The notes: generated by a model not told the origin, from the sequence alone. 64,000 nt of DNA from an uncultured Dehalococcoidia bacterium (GCA_964565775.1 CAZMGB010000009.1:65062-129061), one strand, 5' to 3'. Shown: positions 9,505 to 19,737, counted from the first letter of the stretch. Numbers and translations are program-made.

Positions 9505-10764
9505 ATGATGCCTATCGACGTAGAAGCGATCCGACGCGACTTCCCCATCCTCAGCCGTACCGTGCACGGCAGACCCCTCGTCTACCTCGACAACGCGGCG
9601 ACCACCCAGAAGCCGAAGGCCGTCATCGACGCGCTCGTCCACTATTACGAGAGCTATAACGCCAACATCCACCGCGGCCTCCACGCCCTCAGCGAGGAAG
9701 CGACCGCCCGCTACGAGGAGGTGCGCGCCAGTACCGCCCGCTTCATCGGCGCGCCCGCGTCTGAGGGCATCGTCTTCACCCGCAACACGACGGAGTCGAT
9801 AAACCTCGTCGCTCACGCCTGGGGCCGCCGCTACGTCAAGGCCGGCGACGAGATCGTGCTGACGGTGATGGAGCACCACAGCAACCTCATCCCCTGGCAG
9901 ATGCTGGCCAGGGCCACCGGCGCCCAGCTACGATTCGTGGACATCGATGAAGAGGGACGCCTCGTGTGGGGCGACGTGGAGCGGCTCATCGGCGACAGGA
10001 CGAGGCTGGTGGCCGTGACACAGATGTCGAACGTCCTCGCCACCATCAACCCAGTGCGTGAGATCACAGAGCTGGCCCACCGGCACGGCGCTCTGGTGCT
10101 GGTGGACGGCGCCCAGAGCGTGCCCCACATGCCCGTCGACGTGTCCGCCTCAGGCGGACTGGACTGCGACTTCCTGGCGTTCTCGGGCCACAAGATGCTC
10201 GGCCCCACCGGCGTCGGTGTCCTCTACGGCCGGCCGGAGCTGCTGAAGGAGATGGACCCCTTCCTGGGCGGCGGCGAGATGATCAACCGCGTCACTCTCG
10301 AGGACGCCACCTGGAACGAGCTGCCCTGGAAGTACGAGGCGGGAACGCCGAACATCGCCGACGTCATCGCTTTCGGCGCCGCCCTGGAGTACCTCGAGGG
10401 GCTGGGCATGGAGGCGGTGCGCGCCCACGAGCGAGAGCTGGTGGCCTACGCCCTCGAAAAGCTGTCGGCGATTCAGGGCCTGGTGATGTACGGGCCCAGG
10501 GACCCCGACAGCCGGGGAGGCGTGGTCTCCTTCAACTACGGCGACCTCCATCCTCATGACCTGGGCCAGGTTCTGGACTACAAGCACTCCGTGGCCGTGC
10601 GCGCCGGCCATCACTGCGCGCAGCCCCTCATGAAGCGCCTGGGCTGCGTGGCGACGGCGCGCGCGAGCTTCTATGTCTACAATACGAAGCAAGAGATTGA
10701 CGTCCTCGCGGAGGGCGTCAGAGAAGCGGTGAGGTTCTTCGGTGGTGTCCCTGCCCGAACCTGA
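9505..10764 (+). CDS. sufS: cysteine desulfurase SufS (class V aminotransferase)
   Basis: FPILSRTVHGRPLVYLDNAATTQKP...SGHKMLGPTGVGVLYG...RAGHHCAQPL are SufS/CsdA motifs. ATG ATG at 9505 within track ORF 9295-10764. Confidence 0.85.
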   Translation: MMPIDVEAIRRDFPILSRTVHGRPLVYLDNAATTQKPKAVIDALVHYYESYNANIHRGLHALSEEATARYEEVRASTARFIGAPASEGIVFTRNTTESINLVAHAWGRRYVKAGDEIVLTVMEHHSNLIPWQMLARATGAQLRFVDIDEEGRLVWGDVERLIGDRTRLVAVTQMSNVLATINPVREITELAHRHGALVLVDGAQSVPHMPVDVSASGGLDCDFLAFSGHKMLGPTGVGVLYGRPELLKEMDPFLGGGEMINRVTLEDATWNELPWKYEAGTPNIADVIAFGAALEYLEGLGMEAVRAHERELVAYALEKLSAIQGLVMYGPRDPDSRGGVVSFNYGDLHPHDLGQVLDYKHSVAVRAGHHCAQPLMKRLGCVATARASFYVYNTKQEIDVLAEGVREAVRFFGGVPART

Positions 10765-11200
10765 GCTCGATGAGCTCTATCGGGAGCTCATCCTCGATCA
10801 CTACCGTAGCCCGCGCAACCACGAGCCGCTGGAATCGCCGGACGTGGTCGCCGAGGGCTACAATCCGCTCTGCGGCGACGACATCGAGATCCAGCTCAGT
10901 TTCGACGGTGACGAGATCGAGAAGATCGGCTTTCAAGGCCACGGCTGCTCGATCAGTCAGGCCTCAGCCTCCATGCTCACGATGGCCGTCAAGGGCAAGA
11001 GCACGGCCGAGGCGCGGGCGCTCATAGAGTCGTTCAAGCGTATGATGACGGATCCCGACTCCGAGCCGCCGGAGGAGCTGGGCGACCTCGAGGCGCTCCA
11101 GGGCGTGGCCAGATTTCCGGTGCGGGTCAAGTGCGCCACCCTGGCATGGCACGCTCTCGAGGACGGGCTGGACTGCCGAGATGGCCAAACGAGAGGGTAG
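10742..11200 (+). CDS. sufU: SUF-type NifU-like Fe-S scaffold / sulfurtransferase SufU
   Basis: LYRELILDHYRSPRNHEPLE...GYNPLCGDDIEIQL...GCSISQASASM are conserved SufU/IscU Cys ligands. Overlaps sufS by 23 nt. Confidence 0.7.
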   Translation: MVSLPEPELDELYRELILDHYRSPRNHEPLESPDVVAEGYNPLCGDDIEIQLSFDGDEIEKIGFQGHGCSISQASASMLTMAVKGKSTAEARALIESFKRMMTDPDSEPPEELGDLEALQGVARFPVRVKCATLAWHALEDGLDCRDGQTRG

Positions 11201-11507
11201 GGAGATGCTGACGAAAGAGCTGGTCATGGAGGCGCTGCGGGGCGTCTACGACCCCGAGCTCAACATGAGCCTGGTGGAGCTGGGCCTTATCTACGACGTG
11301 GAGATAGAGGACGGGACGGTCAAAATCACCTATACCCTCACCACTCCCGCCTGTCCCCTGGGCCCCGTCATCGGAGGGCAAATGCAGGACGCGCTCATGG
11401 ACGTTCCCGGCGTCCGCGACGTCGAGCCTCAGCTCACCTTCAGCCCGCCCTGGGACCCGAAGACGATGGCCAGCGAAGACGTCAAGATGCAGCTCGGCAT
11501 CTGGTAG
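11181..11507 (+). CDS. sufT: DUF59 / MIP18-family Fe-S assembly protein (SufT-like)
   Basis: VMEALRGVYDPELNMSLVELGLIYDVEI...TLTTPACPLGPVI is the DUF59 signature with conserved Cys. Start may instead be ATG at 11205. Confidence 0.65.
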   Translation: MAKREGREMLTKELVMEALRGVYDPELNMSLVELGLIYDVEIEDGTVKITYTLTTPACPLGPVIGGQMQDALMDVPGVRDVEPQLTFSPPWDPKTMASEDVKMQLGIW

Positions 11508-11683
11508 GCGCTTTCACGCTGTCGCGCGGCCTCCCGCTGCTCTCATCGTTGGAGATTCGCTGACATCCATACTGGCTGATTGCGAGGTTGCCCTTGGGCA
11601 TGGCCTCGCTTCACTTTAGCTCTTCGGCCGTTTCAGTACCCTCGGCTGTCTGTTGCGGCCATTTCTGATCTCTATCGCGACAG

Positions 11684-14600
11684 GTGTCGATGTCTGATAT
11701 GAACCGGCACACGGAGAGATACCCGGCCTTGTACCGCCCGGAGCAGGAGCACGATGCCTGCGGTGTCGGCTTCGTCGCCGACATCTCGGGCCAGCCCAGC
11801 TTCCGCATCCTGGACACGGCGCTGCGCTGCGTCACCAACCTCACCCATCGCGGCGCCGTCGACGCAGACGCCAAGACGGGAGACGGTGCGGGCGTCCTCT
11901 TCCAGATACCGGCGGGCTTCTTCCGCAGCGAGGTGGAGCGCCTGGGGCAACGCCTGGAGCGAGACGACGACCTGGCGGTGGGGATGGTGTTCCTGCCCGG
12001 CAGGGACCCCGAGGCGGCAGGGCGCTGCCGGCAGGCGCTGGAGCGGAGCGCCGCCGGCCACGGCTTCGTGGTGTTCGGCTGGCGGCAGGTCCCCGTGGAC
12101 CCTTCCGCGCTGGGCGACCTGGGGGCCAGCACTCAGCCCCGCATCGAGCAGATCCTTCTCGGCAAGAACCGCTCCCTGTCGGACGAGGAGTTCGGCCGCG
12201 CCCTCTACCTGGTGCGCAAGGACGCGGAGCGCTGGGCCCGTGAGGAGGGAGTGGAGTCGGAGGAGTTCTACATCCCCTCGCTATCGCACCGGACGCTGGT
12301 CTACAAGGGGCTGCTCGTCGCCCACCAGCTCAACGAGTTCTATCTCGACCTGCGCAATCCTGCGTTCGAGACGGCTCTGGCCGTCTTCCACCAGCGTTAC
12401 AGCACCAACACGTTTCCCAACTGGGTACTGGCCCAGCCTTTCCGTCTCCTCGCCCACAACGGCGAGATCAATACTCGCCAGGGCAACCGCAACTGGATGC
12501 GAGCCCGCGAGCCCGAGCTTCACTCCGAGTTGTGGGGCGAGCACATTGATGAGCTCAAGCCCGTCATCCCGGAGGGAGGGAGCGATTCGTCCGATCTGGA
12601 CAACGTCCTCGAGGCGGTGCAGCTCTCCGGCCGCGATGTCCTCCACTCGATGATGATGCTCATCCCGGAGGCGTGGGAGAACATGCCGAACATGCCGCCC
12701 CACCGGCGCGCCTTCTACGAGTACCACGCCGGATTCAGCGAGCCCTGGGACGGCCCCGCCAGCATCGCCTTCAGCGACGGCGTCATCGTCGGTGCGACCC
12801 TGGACCGCAACGGGCTCCGTCCCGCCCGTTACCAGATCACCTCCGACGGTCTCATCGTCATGGGGTCTGAGGTGGGAATGGTATCCCTGGAGGAGCACAA
12901 GATCGTCCGGAAGGGGCGCTTGGGCCCCGGTCAGATGATCGCCGTCGACACGGCGAAGGGCGTCCTCCTCGACAACGAGACGATCAAGGAGGAGATCGCG
13001 GGTCGGAAGCCCTACGGCCGTTGGGTCGAGGACCGGCTGCTACACCTGGACGAGCACCTGAAGACCTGCTCCATCGAGTCCGTCTGGCCGGAGATGGACC
13101 TGGCTCAGCAGCAGGCGGCGTTCGGCTACACGCGAGAGGAGCTTCAGTTCGTACTGCGGCCGATGGCGGCCGACGGCAAGGAGCCCGTGGGCTCCATGGG
13201 CGACGACACTCCGCTGGCGGTCCTGGAACCGGGGGGGCGTCTCCTCTACGGCTACTTCAAGCAGAAGTTCGCACAGGTGACAAACCCGCCCATCGACCCC
13301 ATCCGGGAAGAGCTGGTGATGTCGCTGGACACGTATCTGGGCCGGCGCCTCAGCTTGTTCGAGGAGCACCAGCGGCACGCCGAGCTGGTCCATCTGGTCA
13401 GCCCCCTCATGATCAACGAGGAGCTCGACGCCCTCCGTGCAATTGACGTCGGCCCGTTCGCCGCTCAGACGCTGAGGGCGCTCTTTCACGCAGAGATGGG
13501 CTCCGATAGTCTGCGGCCGGCGCTGGCGGGCCTCTGCGAAGCTGCCTCGCAGGCGATCGATAACGGGAAGACGCTTCTCATCTTGAGTGACCGGGGCGTA
13601 GACGCCGCCCACGCTCCCATTCCCATGTTGCTGGCGGTGGGTGCTGTCCACCACCACCTCATCAGGGAGGGCAAGCGCATGCGGGCCAGCATCATCGCTG
13701 AGACCGCTGAGGCCCGCGACGTCCACCAGATCGCAGCCCTCATCGGCTACGGGGCGAGCGCAGTGAACCCCTATCTTGCCTACGAGACCGTCGCCTCTCT
13801 CTTCTACTCCGGCGCTCTCAAGGACGTAGACCTGAGCCGGGCGACGAGCAACTACGGGCAGGCGGTCGACGCCGGCGTCCTGAAGATCATGTCGAAGATG
13901 GGCATCTCGACCGTGTCTGCCTACCACGGCGCGCAGATCTTCGAAGCCATCGGGCTGGCCCTGGAGGTCACGGAGACGTGCTTCACGGGCACCGCCTCGC
14001 GCATCGGCGGCATCGGCTTCCGCGAGATCGGGGAGGACGTTCTCGCACGGCACAAGCGCGCCTTCGGCGGCGGCGACGGCCACGAGCTGGAGAATGGAGG
14101 GTTCTATCGCTTCCGCAAGGACGGCGAGTACCACGCCTTCAACCCTGACATCGTACGCGCCCTCCAGCGCTCGATTGAGTCGGGGAACTACGAGGGCTAC
14201 AAGGCGTACTCACAGATCGTGTGGCAAAGGCCCTCGCTGGCGCCGCGCGACCTGATGGCCTTCAAGCCACGGGCGCCGATCCCCATCGAGGAAGTGGAGC
14301 CGCACGAGGAGATAATGCGTCGCTGCACCACGGCGTCTATGTCCCTGGGCGCACTCAGCCCGGAGGCCCACGAGACGCTGGCGATGGGGATGAACCGCTT
14401 CGGCGGCAGGAGCGGCACCGGCGAGGGGGGCGAAGAGGCTAGCCGCTACCACGAGTGGCGGAACGGGGGCTCCGCCAACTGCGCCAGCAAGCAGGTCGCC
14501 TCCGCCCGCTTCGGCGTGACGCCGGACTATCTCGCCAGCGCCGTCGAGCTCGAGATCAAGATGGCCCAGGGCTCCAAGCCGGGCGAAGGAGGGCAGCTCC

Positions 14601-16231
14601 CGGGCCATAAGGTGTCGCCCTACATCGCGGCCATCCGGCACACGCTGCCCGGCACGCCCCTGATCTCGCCGCCGCCCCATCACGACATCTACAGCATCGA
14701 AGACCTGGCCCAGCTCATCTACGACCTGAAGCAGGCGAACCCCCGCGCCAAGGTATCCGTCAAGCTCGTCGCTGAGGAGGGCGTGGGCACGATCGCCGCT
14801 GGCGTCGCCAAGGGTTACGCCGACGTGATCCACATCGCCGGCCACGACGGCGGCACGGGCGCCTCGCCCCTCAGCTCCATCAAGAACGTGGGCGTGCCCT
14901 GGGAGGTGGGGCTGGCGGAGACGCAGCAGGTGCTTGTGATGAACGACCTCCGCAGCCGCGTCGTGCTGCGGACGGACGGCGGCATGAGGACGGGCCGGGA
15001 CGTGGTCATCGCCGCCATGCTGGGCGCCGAGGAGTACGGCTTCGGCACAGCGGCGCTCATCGCGGTCGGCTGTCTCATGGCGCGGCAGTGCCACCTGAAC
15101 ACCTGCCCGACGGGCGTCGCCACCCAGCGCGAGGACCTGCGCGCCAAGTTCCGGGGAACGCCCGAGAACGTCGTGCAGTTCTTTCATCACATAGCCGAGG
15201 AGGTAAGGGAGATCCTGGCGCAGCTCGGCTTCCGGTCGATGGACGAGATCATCGGCCGCGTCGACCTCCTGGAGCAGGTCGCGGATAGCGAGAGCGCTCG
15301 CGCCTCCCGTCTCGACTTGAGCGCGATCCTGACGCCGCCCGACCCGACGGGGACGCGACCGCTCCGCCATCTCCAGGAGCGCAATGACCGCACCGACACG
15401 CCCCTGGACGACAGGATCATCGCCGAGGCTGGGGACGCGCTGGACGGTCGGCGCGCGATGCGCCTCCACTATGACATCGCCAATGTTCACCGGGCGGTCG
15501 GGACCAGGCTCTCGGGCGAGATCGCCCGTCGCCACGGCGACGCCGGTCTGCCGGAGGGCACCATCGAGTGCAACTTCCGGGGGAGCGCCGGCCAGAGCTT
15601 CGGCGCCTTCTGCGTCAAGGGCGTGCGCCTCATCTTGGCCGGCGAGGCGAACGACTACGTCGGCAAAGGAATGGGGGGCGGAGAGATCGCCATCCGGCCG
15701 CCGTCGGACGCCACGTTCGTCAGCCACGAGAACGTCATCATGGGCAACACCGTCCTGTACGGCGCCACGGGCGGCAGTCTGTACGCCGCCGGCCGCGCGG
15801 GCGAGCGGTTCGCCGTGCGCAACAGCGGCGGCAAGGCCGTCGTCGAGGGCATCGGCGACCACGGCTGCGAGTATATGACAGAGGGCATCGTCGCCATCCT
15901 CGGCGAGACGGGGCGCAACTTCGGGGCCGGCATGTCGAACGGCATCGCCTACGTCCTGGACGAGATGGGCGACTTCCCCAGCAAGCTCAACCCGGAGCTC
16001 GTCGCCATCAAGCGCATCACCGCCGACGAGGACATCGAGATGCTGCGCGCCCTCATAGGCCGTCACGTCATGCTCACGGGCAGCAGGCGCGGCGAGGAGA
16101 TCCTGACGCGCTGGTCTCACTACCTGCCCCTCTTCTGGAAGGCGGCCCCGCACGCGGCGATCACGGAGGAGGGCCCGATGACGATTATCCGTCGCCACCT
16201 GGAGAGCATCCGCGCCGCCTCCGTCGGCTGA
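11684..16231 (+). CDS. gltB: glutamate synthase large subunit, single-subunit (ferredoxin-GOGAT-like; no adjacent gltD)
   Basis: 1515 aa. Four canonical GOGAT domains are visible: Ntn amidotransferase (DACGVGFVADISGQPS), central domain, FMN/3Fe-4S domain (SMSLGALSPEAHETLA...GGRSGTGEGGE...KMAQGSKPGEGGQLPG) and C-terminal GXGXG domain. Confidence 0.9.
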   Translation: MSMSDMNRHTERYPALYRPEQEHDACGVGFVADISGQPSFRILDTALRCVTNLTHRGAVDADAKTGDGAGVLFQIPAGFFRSEVERLGQRLERDDDLAVGMVFLPGRDPEAAGRCRQALERSAAGHGFVVFGWRQVPVDPSALGDLGASTQPRIEQILLGKNRSLSDEEFGRALYLVRKDAERWAREEGVESEEFYIPSLSHRTLVYKGLLVAHQLNEFYLDLRNPAFETALAVFHQRYSTNTFPNWVLAQPFRLLAHNGEINTRQGNRNWMRAREPELHSELWGEHIDELKPVIPEGGSDSSDLDNVLEAVQLSGRDVLHSMMMLIPEAWENMPNMPPHRRAFYEYHAGFSEPWDGPASIAFSDGVIVGATLDRNGLRPARYQITSDGLIVMGSEVGMVSLEEHKIVRKGRLGPGQMIAVDTAKGVLLDNETIKEEIAGRKPYGRWVEDRLLHLDEHLKTCSIESVWPEMDLAQQQAAFGYTREELQFVLRPMAADGKEPVGSMGDDTPLAVLEPGGRLLYGYFKQKFAQVTNPPIDPIREELVMSLDTYLGRRLSLFEEHQRHAELVHLVSPLMINEELDALRAIDVGPFAAQTLRALFHAEMGSDSLRPALAGLCEAASQAIDNGKTLLILSDRGVDAAHAPIPMLLAVGAVHHHLIREGKRMRASIIAETAEARDVHQIAALIGYGASAVNPYLAYETVASLFYSGALKDVDLSRATSNYGQAVDAGVLKIMSKMGISTVSAYHGAQIFEAIGLALEVTETCFTGTASRIGGIGFREIGEDVLARHKRAFGGGDGHELENGGFYRFRKDGEYHAFNPDIVRALQRSIESGNYEGYKAYSQIVWQRPSLAPRDLMAFKPRAPIPIEEVEPHEEIMRRCTTASMSLGALSPEAHETLAMGMNRFGGRSGTGEGGEEASRYHEWRNGGSANCASKQVASARFGVTPDYLASAVELEIKMAQGSKPGEGGQLPGHKVSPYIAAIRHTLPGTPLISPPPHHDIYSIEDLAQLIYDLKQANPRAKVSVKLVAEEGVGTIAAGVAKGYADVIHIAGHDGGTGASPLSSIKNVGVPWEVGLAETQQVLVMNDLRSRVVLRTDGGMRTGRDVVIAAMLGAEEYGFGTAALIAVGCLMARQCHLNTCPTGVATQREDLRAKFRGTPENVVQFFHHIAEEVREILAQLGFRSMDEIIGRVDLLEQVADSESARASRLDLSAILTPPDPTGTRPLRHLQERNDRTDTPLDDRIIAEAGDALDGRRAMRLHYDIANVHRAVGTRLSGEIARRHGDAGLPEGTIECNFRGSAGQSFGAFCVKGVRLILAGEANDYVGKGMGGGEIAIRPPSDATFVSHENVIMGNTVLYGATGGSLYAAGRAGERFAVRNSGGKAVVEGIGDHGCEYMTEGIVAILGETGRNFGAGMSNGIAYVLDEMGDFPSKLNPELVAIKRITADEDIEMLRALIGRHVMLTGSRRGEEILTRWSHYLPLFWKAAPHAAITEEGPMTIIRRHLESIRAASVG

Positions 16232-16354
16232 CGTTCATCGTCCTTTTCGAGCCACACCTGGAGTGGCGATCCATCCGATGCCTCCGTTGCTCCGGCGGGG
16301 CGGCAGCAGTTACGCTGTGCGCGCACACGCTTCAGCCGGAAGGAGGGATACTCC

Positions 16355-17638
16355 GTGACCTCAGAACGTCAAGCGCGCCCGCCCCAGGACTTTAACACCG
16401 CCCGCGACATGCCCCCGGAAGAAGCGGCGTTCTTCTACATGGGCCCCTCGGAGGCCGTCATCGATGGCGTCTTCTTCTTCCCCTACCTTGGCAACATGGC
16501 GGCCTTCGATTGCGCCGGCCGGCTCCTCCTCGTCGACACAGCGCCTCGCTGGCACACGCCGCGCGTGCTGGAAGAGCTGCGTGGGAAGTTCAGCGCCGCG
16601 CCGGTCGATACGATCGTCTACACCCACGGCCACGTCGACCACGCCTTCGGCACATCCACGTTCCTGCAGGAAGCGGAGAAACAGGGCTACCCGCGGCCGC
16701 GCGTCATCGCTCACGAGGACCTGCCGCGACGCTTCGACCGCTACCAGCTTCTCGCCGAGCAGAACAACTTCATCAATCGCATCCAGTTCTCCACGCCGGA
16801 GGACGCCCGCCCGTTTAGCGACCTGCCCTACGTCTACCCCGACACCGTCTACCGGGACGCGCTCGACACGGTGGTGGGCGGCGAGCGTTTCGAGCTCCAC
16901 CATTCGCGGGGCGAGACCAACGACGAGACTTGGGTCTGGTGTCCCGGCCGTCGCGTGCTCTGCACCGGCGACACGTTCGTCTGGTCGTCGCCCAACGCAG
17001 GCAACCCGTTCAAAGTTCAGCGCTACGCCATCGACTGGGCGCGCGCCCTCGAGCAGATGGCGGCGCTCCGCCCGCTGCACCTTCTGCCCGGCCACGGCCC
17101 GCCTCTTTCCGGCGAGGAGCGCATCCAGGAGGCGCTGCTCGATACCGCCCGCTGGCTCCGCACGATCCACGACCAGGTGGTCACCAAGATGAACGAAGGG
17201 AAGTGGCTGGAGGACATCGTCAGGGAGATGGTCTATCCCCCCGAACTGGCGAATAAGCCCTGGCTCCGCCCCATCTACGATCACCCCGAGTTCATAGCCC
17301 GAAACGTCTACCGGCTCTACGGAGGCTGGTACGACGGCGACCCTGCGAATATGCTTCCGGCGCACTCCGGAGAGATCGCGCGAGAGCTCATCGCCGCCAC
17401 GGGCTCGGAGCCGATCCTCGCCCGCGCCCGCCTCCTTCGGGAGGAGGGGCTGCTCCAGCTCGCCTGCCACCTCGTCGACTGGGTACGCAAGGGTGACCCC
17501 ACGAATCGGGAAGGCTGGACTCTCTGGCGCGACCTGTTTTCGGAGCGGGCCGCCAAGGAGGAGTCACTGATGGCTCGCGGCGCCTTTCAGTCGGCGGTGC
17601 GAGAGGCGGAGGCGCGCCTCGCGGAGCTCGACAAGTAG
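16355..17638 (+). CDS. MBL-fold metallo-hydrolase (alkyl/aryl-sulfatase-like)
   Basis: TIVYTHGHVDHAFG metallo-beta-lactamase motif plus downstream dimerisation-like region. GTG start preceded by GGAAGGAGGG RBS. Confidence 0.55.
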   Translation: MTSERQARPPQDFNTARDMPPEEAAFFYMGPSEAVIDGVFFFPYLGNMAAFDCAGRLLLVDTAPRWHTPRVLEELRGKFSAAPVDTIVYTHGHVDHAFGTSTFLQEAEKQGYPRPRVIAHEDLPRRFDRYQLLAEQNNFINRIQFSTPEDARPFSDLPYVYPDTVYRDALDTVVGGERFELHHSRGETNDETWVWCPGRRVLCTGDTFVWSSPNAGNPFKVQRYAIDWARALEQMAALRPLHLLPGHGPPLSGEERIQEALLDTARWLRTIHDQVVTKMNEGKWLEDIVREMVYPPELANKPWLRPIYDHPEFIARNVYRLYGGWYDGDPANMLPAHSGEIARELIAATGSEPILARARLLREEGLLQLACHLVDWVRKGDPTNREGWTLWRDLFSERAAKEESLMARGAFQSAVREAEARLAELDK

Positions 17639-17721
17639 GCGACAGACGGAGGGGAGCGCTGGCCGGCGCAGGCTCCAGCCGAAGGGGCAAGTGCTGCCTG
17701 GTCGCAGGGCACTGACCGTCC

Positions 17722-19728
17722 TCACTCCACCGCGATTACGTCGACGAGACGCGACCGGCTGGCGACCTCCTCGCCTGCCTGCGGAGTCGCCGATTCCGGC
17801 GTTCCGTCGTACACCCGCATCCGTACGTAGTACGAACCGGGTTTGACCGTGCGCGGTACGAGCACGAAGTACTCTTCCTTCACTATTTCGTTTGCCTTCC
17901 ACTGGCTCGTCGGGAAGAGACCGCCGCCCAGCTCACGGCTCTGCCACCAGAGCGGGAAGCCCTGATGGAGCTCTAGATTCTCATCGCTGTCGGTGAAGAA
18001 GACTGTGGCCTGAAGGTTCTCGTCGGTGGGGGAGTCCAGCCGCCAGTAGTAGGAGAGCTGGAGGACGTTGCCCCGACTCCCGGCCAGCGGCTCGGTCGAG
18101 AAGCCAACGAGCGAGACGGCGTCGCCGAAGGGGACATCTAGTCGCGCGCCGGGCGGGACCTCGCTGACGGTCAAGGTCGGCTCCTCTCCGAGGACGCGGT
18201 AGAATGAGCCGCGCGGCACCAGATCGTCTTTGTACTCGGGCTTCGGCAGCACGTTCGTAACCATGCACTCGATGCTGTTCAGTAGGACGGGCTGCACGTA
18301 GTACTCGTCGCGGATGGCGTTCAGATCGCCGCGCAGGCCTTCGGCTACGTACACCGGTCGGTTCTCGTCGAACTGCCGGGCGATGAAAGCGTTCACGTCT
18401 TCGCCCGGGACGGAGAAGACCGGCGAGACGAGTACGTCGCGCCGATAGCCCTCCACGAGCTGCACGTACCACAGGGGCGAGGCTGTCCAGCTATCAGCGA
18501 GGATGGTGGAGTGCGGCTTGACCCTCTCGAGCGTCGTCCGGGCGAAGTCATAGGCGCTGTAGTCCTCGCTTCGGTCGACGACGGGAAGGTTGCGCGCGAA
18601 GAGGACGACGGGCAGGCACGCCAGGACGAGCGCCGCCAGCGACCCGCGCAGCGCCGGCCGCACCGTACTGAGCTGGAACGCTCCGAAACTGATGCGGCGG
18701 CGGACGAAAGAAAGGATCGCCTCCACGGCGTACCCGATCCAGACCCCCATCATCAGGTAGGCGGGGATGAAGTAGTTGAAGACGTTGTGGATGCGGTAGG
18801 TGAGGGCAAGGAATCCGACGGCAGCGCAGAGCAGGAGACCGTAAGCGGCGAACAGCCGGTCGTGTCTGAGGGCGGTGAAAAGGCCGAGGCCGGCTAGGCC
18901 AAGGCCAAAGGCGGTCAATTCGTGGAGAGGGAAGACGGCCAGGACATTGAGCCGGCCCAAGACTGCGAAGTTCCAGTACTCGCTCCGGCTGCCCCCGGTC
19001 AGGAACATGCTCAAGTAGGTATCGAAATTGGCCGGCTGAGCCCAGCTAAGTGCAGGTTCCTGAGAGCCGCGGATCGGCAGGTAGAGGTAGACGGAGAGCC
19101 CGAGCAGGAAGAAGAAGGCCAATCGGGCCCAGTGGCCGATGGTGAGCTGCCGCCGGCCCGCCAGCAGAAAGAGGACGATTCCCGGCGCGAGCACGATGAT
19201 AAGGCGGTGGTTACCCATGCTGAGGCCGAAGGCCAGCAGCGCAAGATACAGATGCCGGACCTGCCCCGTCGCCCGCCAGCGGAGCAGCAGCCACGTGATG
19301 AGGACCGTCGAAAAGGCGTTCAGGGGGTAGGACTCGGCCCAATTGGCGTTGGCCCAGAGGGTAGACGAGAAGGCAACCGTGAGCGACCCGATGAGGGCTG
19401 CTACTCGACTTCGTGTGACCTCATGGATGATGAGGAAGACGAACGCCACCGAAAGCGAGGCGAAGACGGCCGACATGAGGTTAACCCTGTAGGCCACATC
19501 GCCGAAGGGGAGGAAGGTGAACAGCTTGCCCAACAGGATGTAAAGGGGGTAGCCGGTGTTGTGGGCGATTCCCAGCACGTACGATGTCGTCGTGAACTCC
19601 CCCATGTCGTACCACATGACGGTGGGGGCCAGCGTGCGCAGGTAGACGGCGAAGGCCACCACCCCGGTCAGCGCCGCGTAGACGCGATGGTCGAGCGCAG
19701 CGACAGACCTGACCAACCGCTCAGCCAT
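17722..19728 (-). CDS. DUF2723 polytopic membrane protein (GT-C / PMT-like glycosyltransferase)
   Basis: 668 aa. N-terminal region VYLRTLAPTVMWYDMGEFTTTSYVLGIAHNTGYPLYILLGK, with an early acidic loop motif (DMGE), is typical of DUF2723/TMEM260-type protein O-mannosyltransferase-like GT-C enzymes. About 11 TM helices are followed by a soluble C-terminal domain. Confidence 0.6.
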   Translation of the reverse strand: MAERLVRSVAALDHRVYAALTGVVAFAVYLRTLAPTVMWYDMGEFTTTSYVLGIAHNTGYPLYILLGKLFTFLPFGDVAYRVNLMSAVFASLSVAFVFLIIHEVTRSRVAALIGSLTVAFSSTLWANANWAESYPLNAFSTVLITWLLLRWRATGQVRHLYLALLAFGLSMGNHRLIIVLAPGIVLFLLAGRRQLTIGHWARLAFFFLLGLSVYLYLPIRGSQEPALSWAQPANFDTYLSMFLTGGSRSEYWNFAVLGRLNVLAVFPLHELTAFGLGLAGLGLFTALRHDRLFAAYGLLLCAAVGFLALTYRIHNVFNYFIPAYLMMGVWIGYAVEAILSFVRRRISFGAFQLSTVRPALRGSLAALVLACLPVVLFARNLPVVDRSEDYSAYDFARTTLERVKPHSTILADSWTASPLWYVQLVEGYRRDVLVSPVFSVPGEDVNAFIARQFDENRPVYVAEGLRGDLNAIRDEYYVQPVLLNSIECMVTNVLPKPEYKDDLVPRGSFYRVLGEEPTLTVSEVPPGARLDVPFGDAVSLVGFSTEPLAGSRGNVLQLSYYWRLDSPTDENLQATVFFTDSDENLELHQGFPLWWQSRELGGGLFPTSQWKANEIVKEEYFVLVPRTVKPGSYYVRMRVYDGTPESATPQAGEEVASRSRLVDVIAVE

Positions 19729-19737
19729 GCGACTCCC

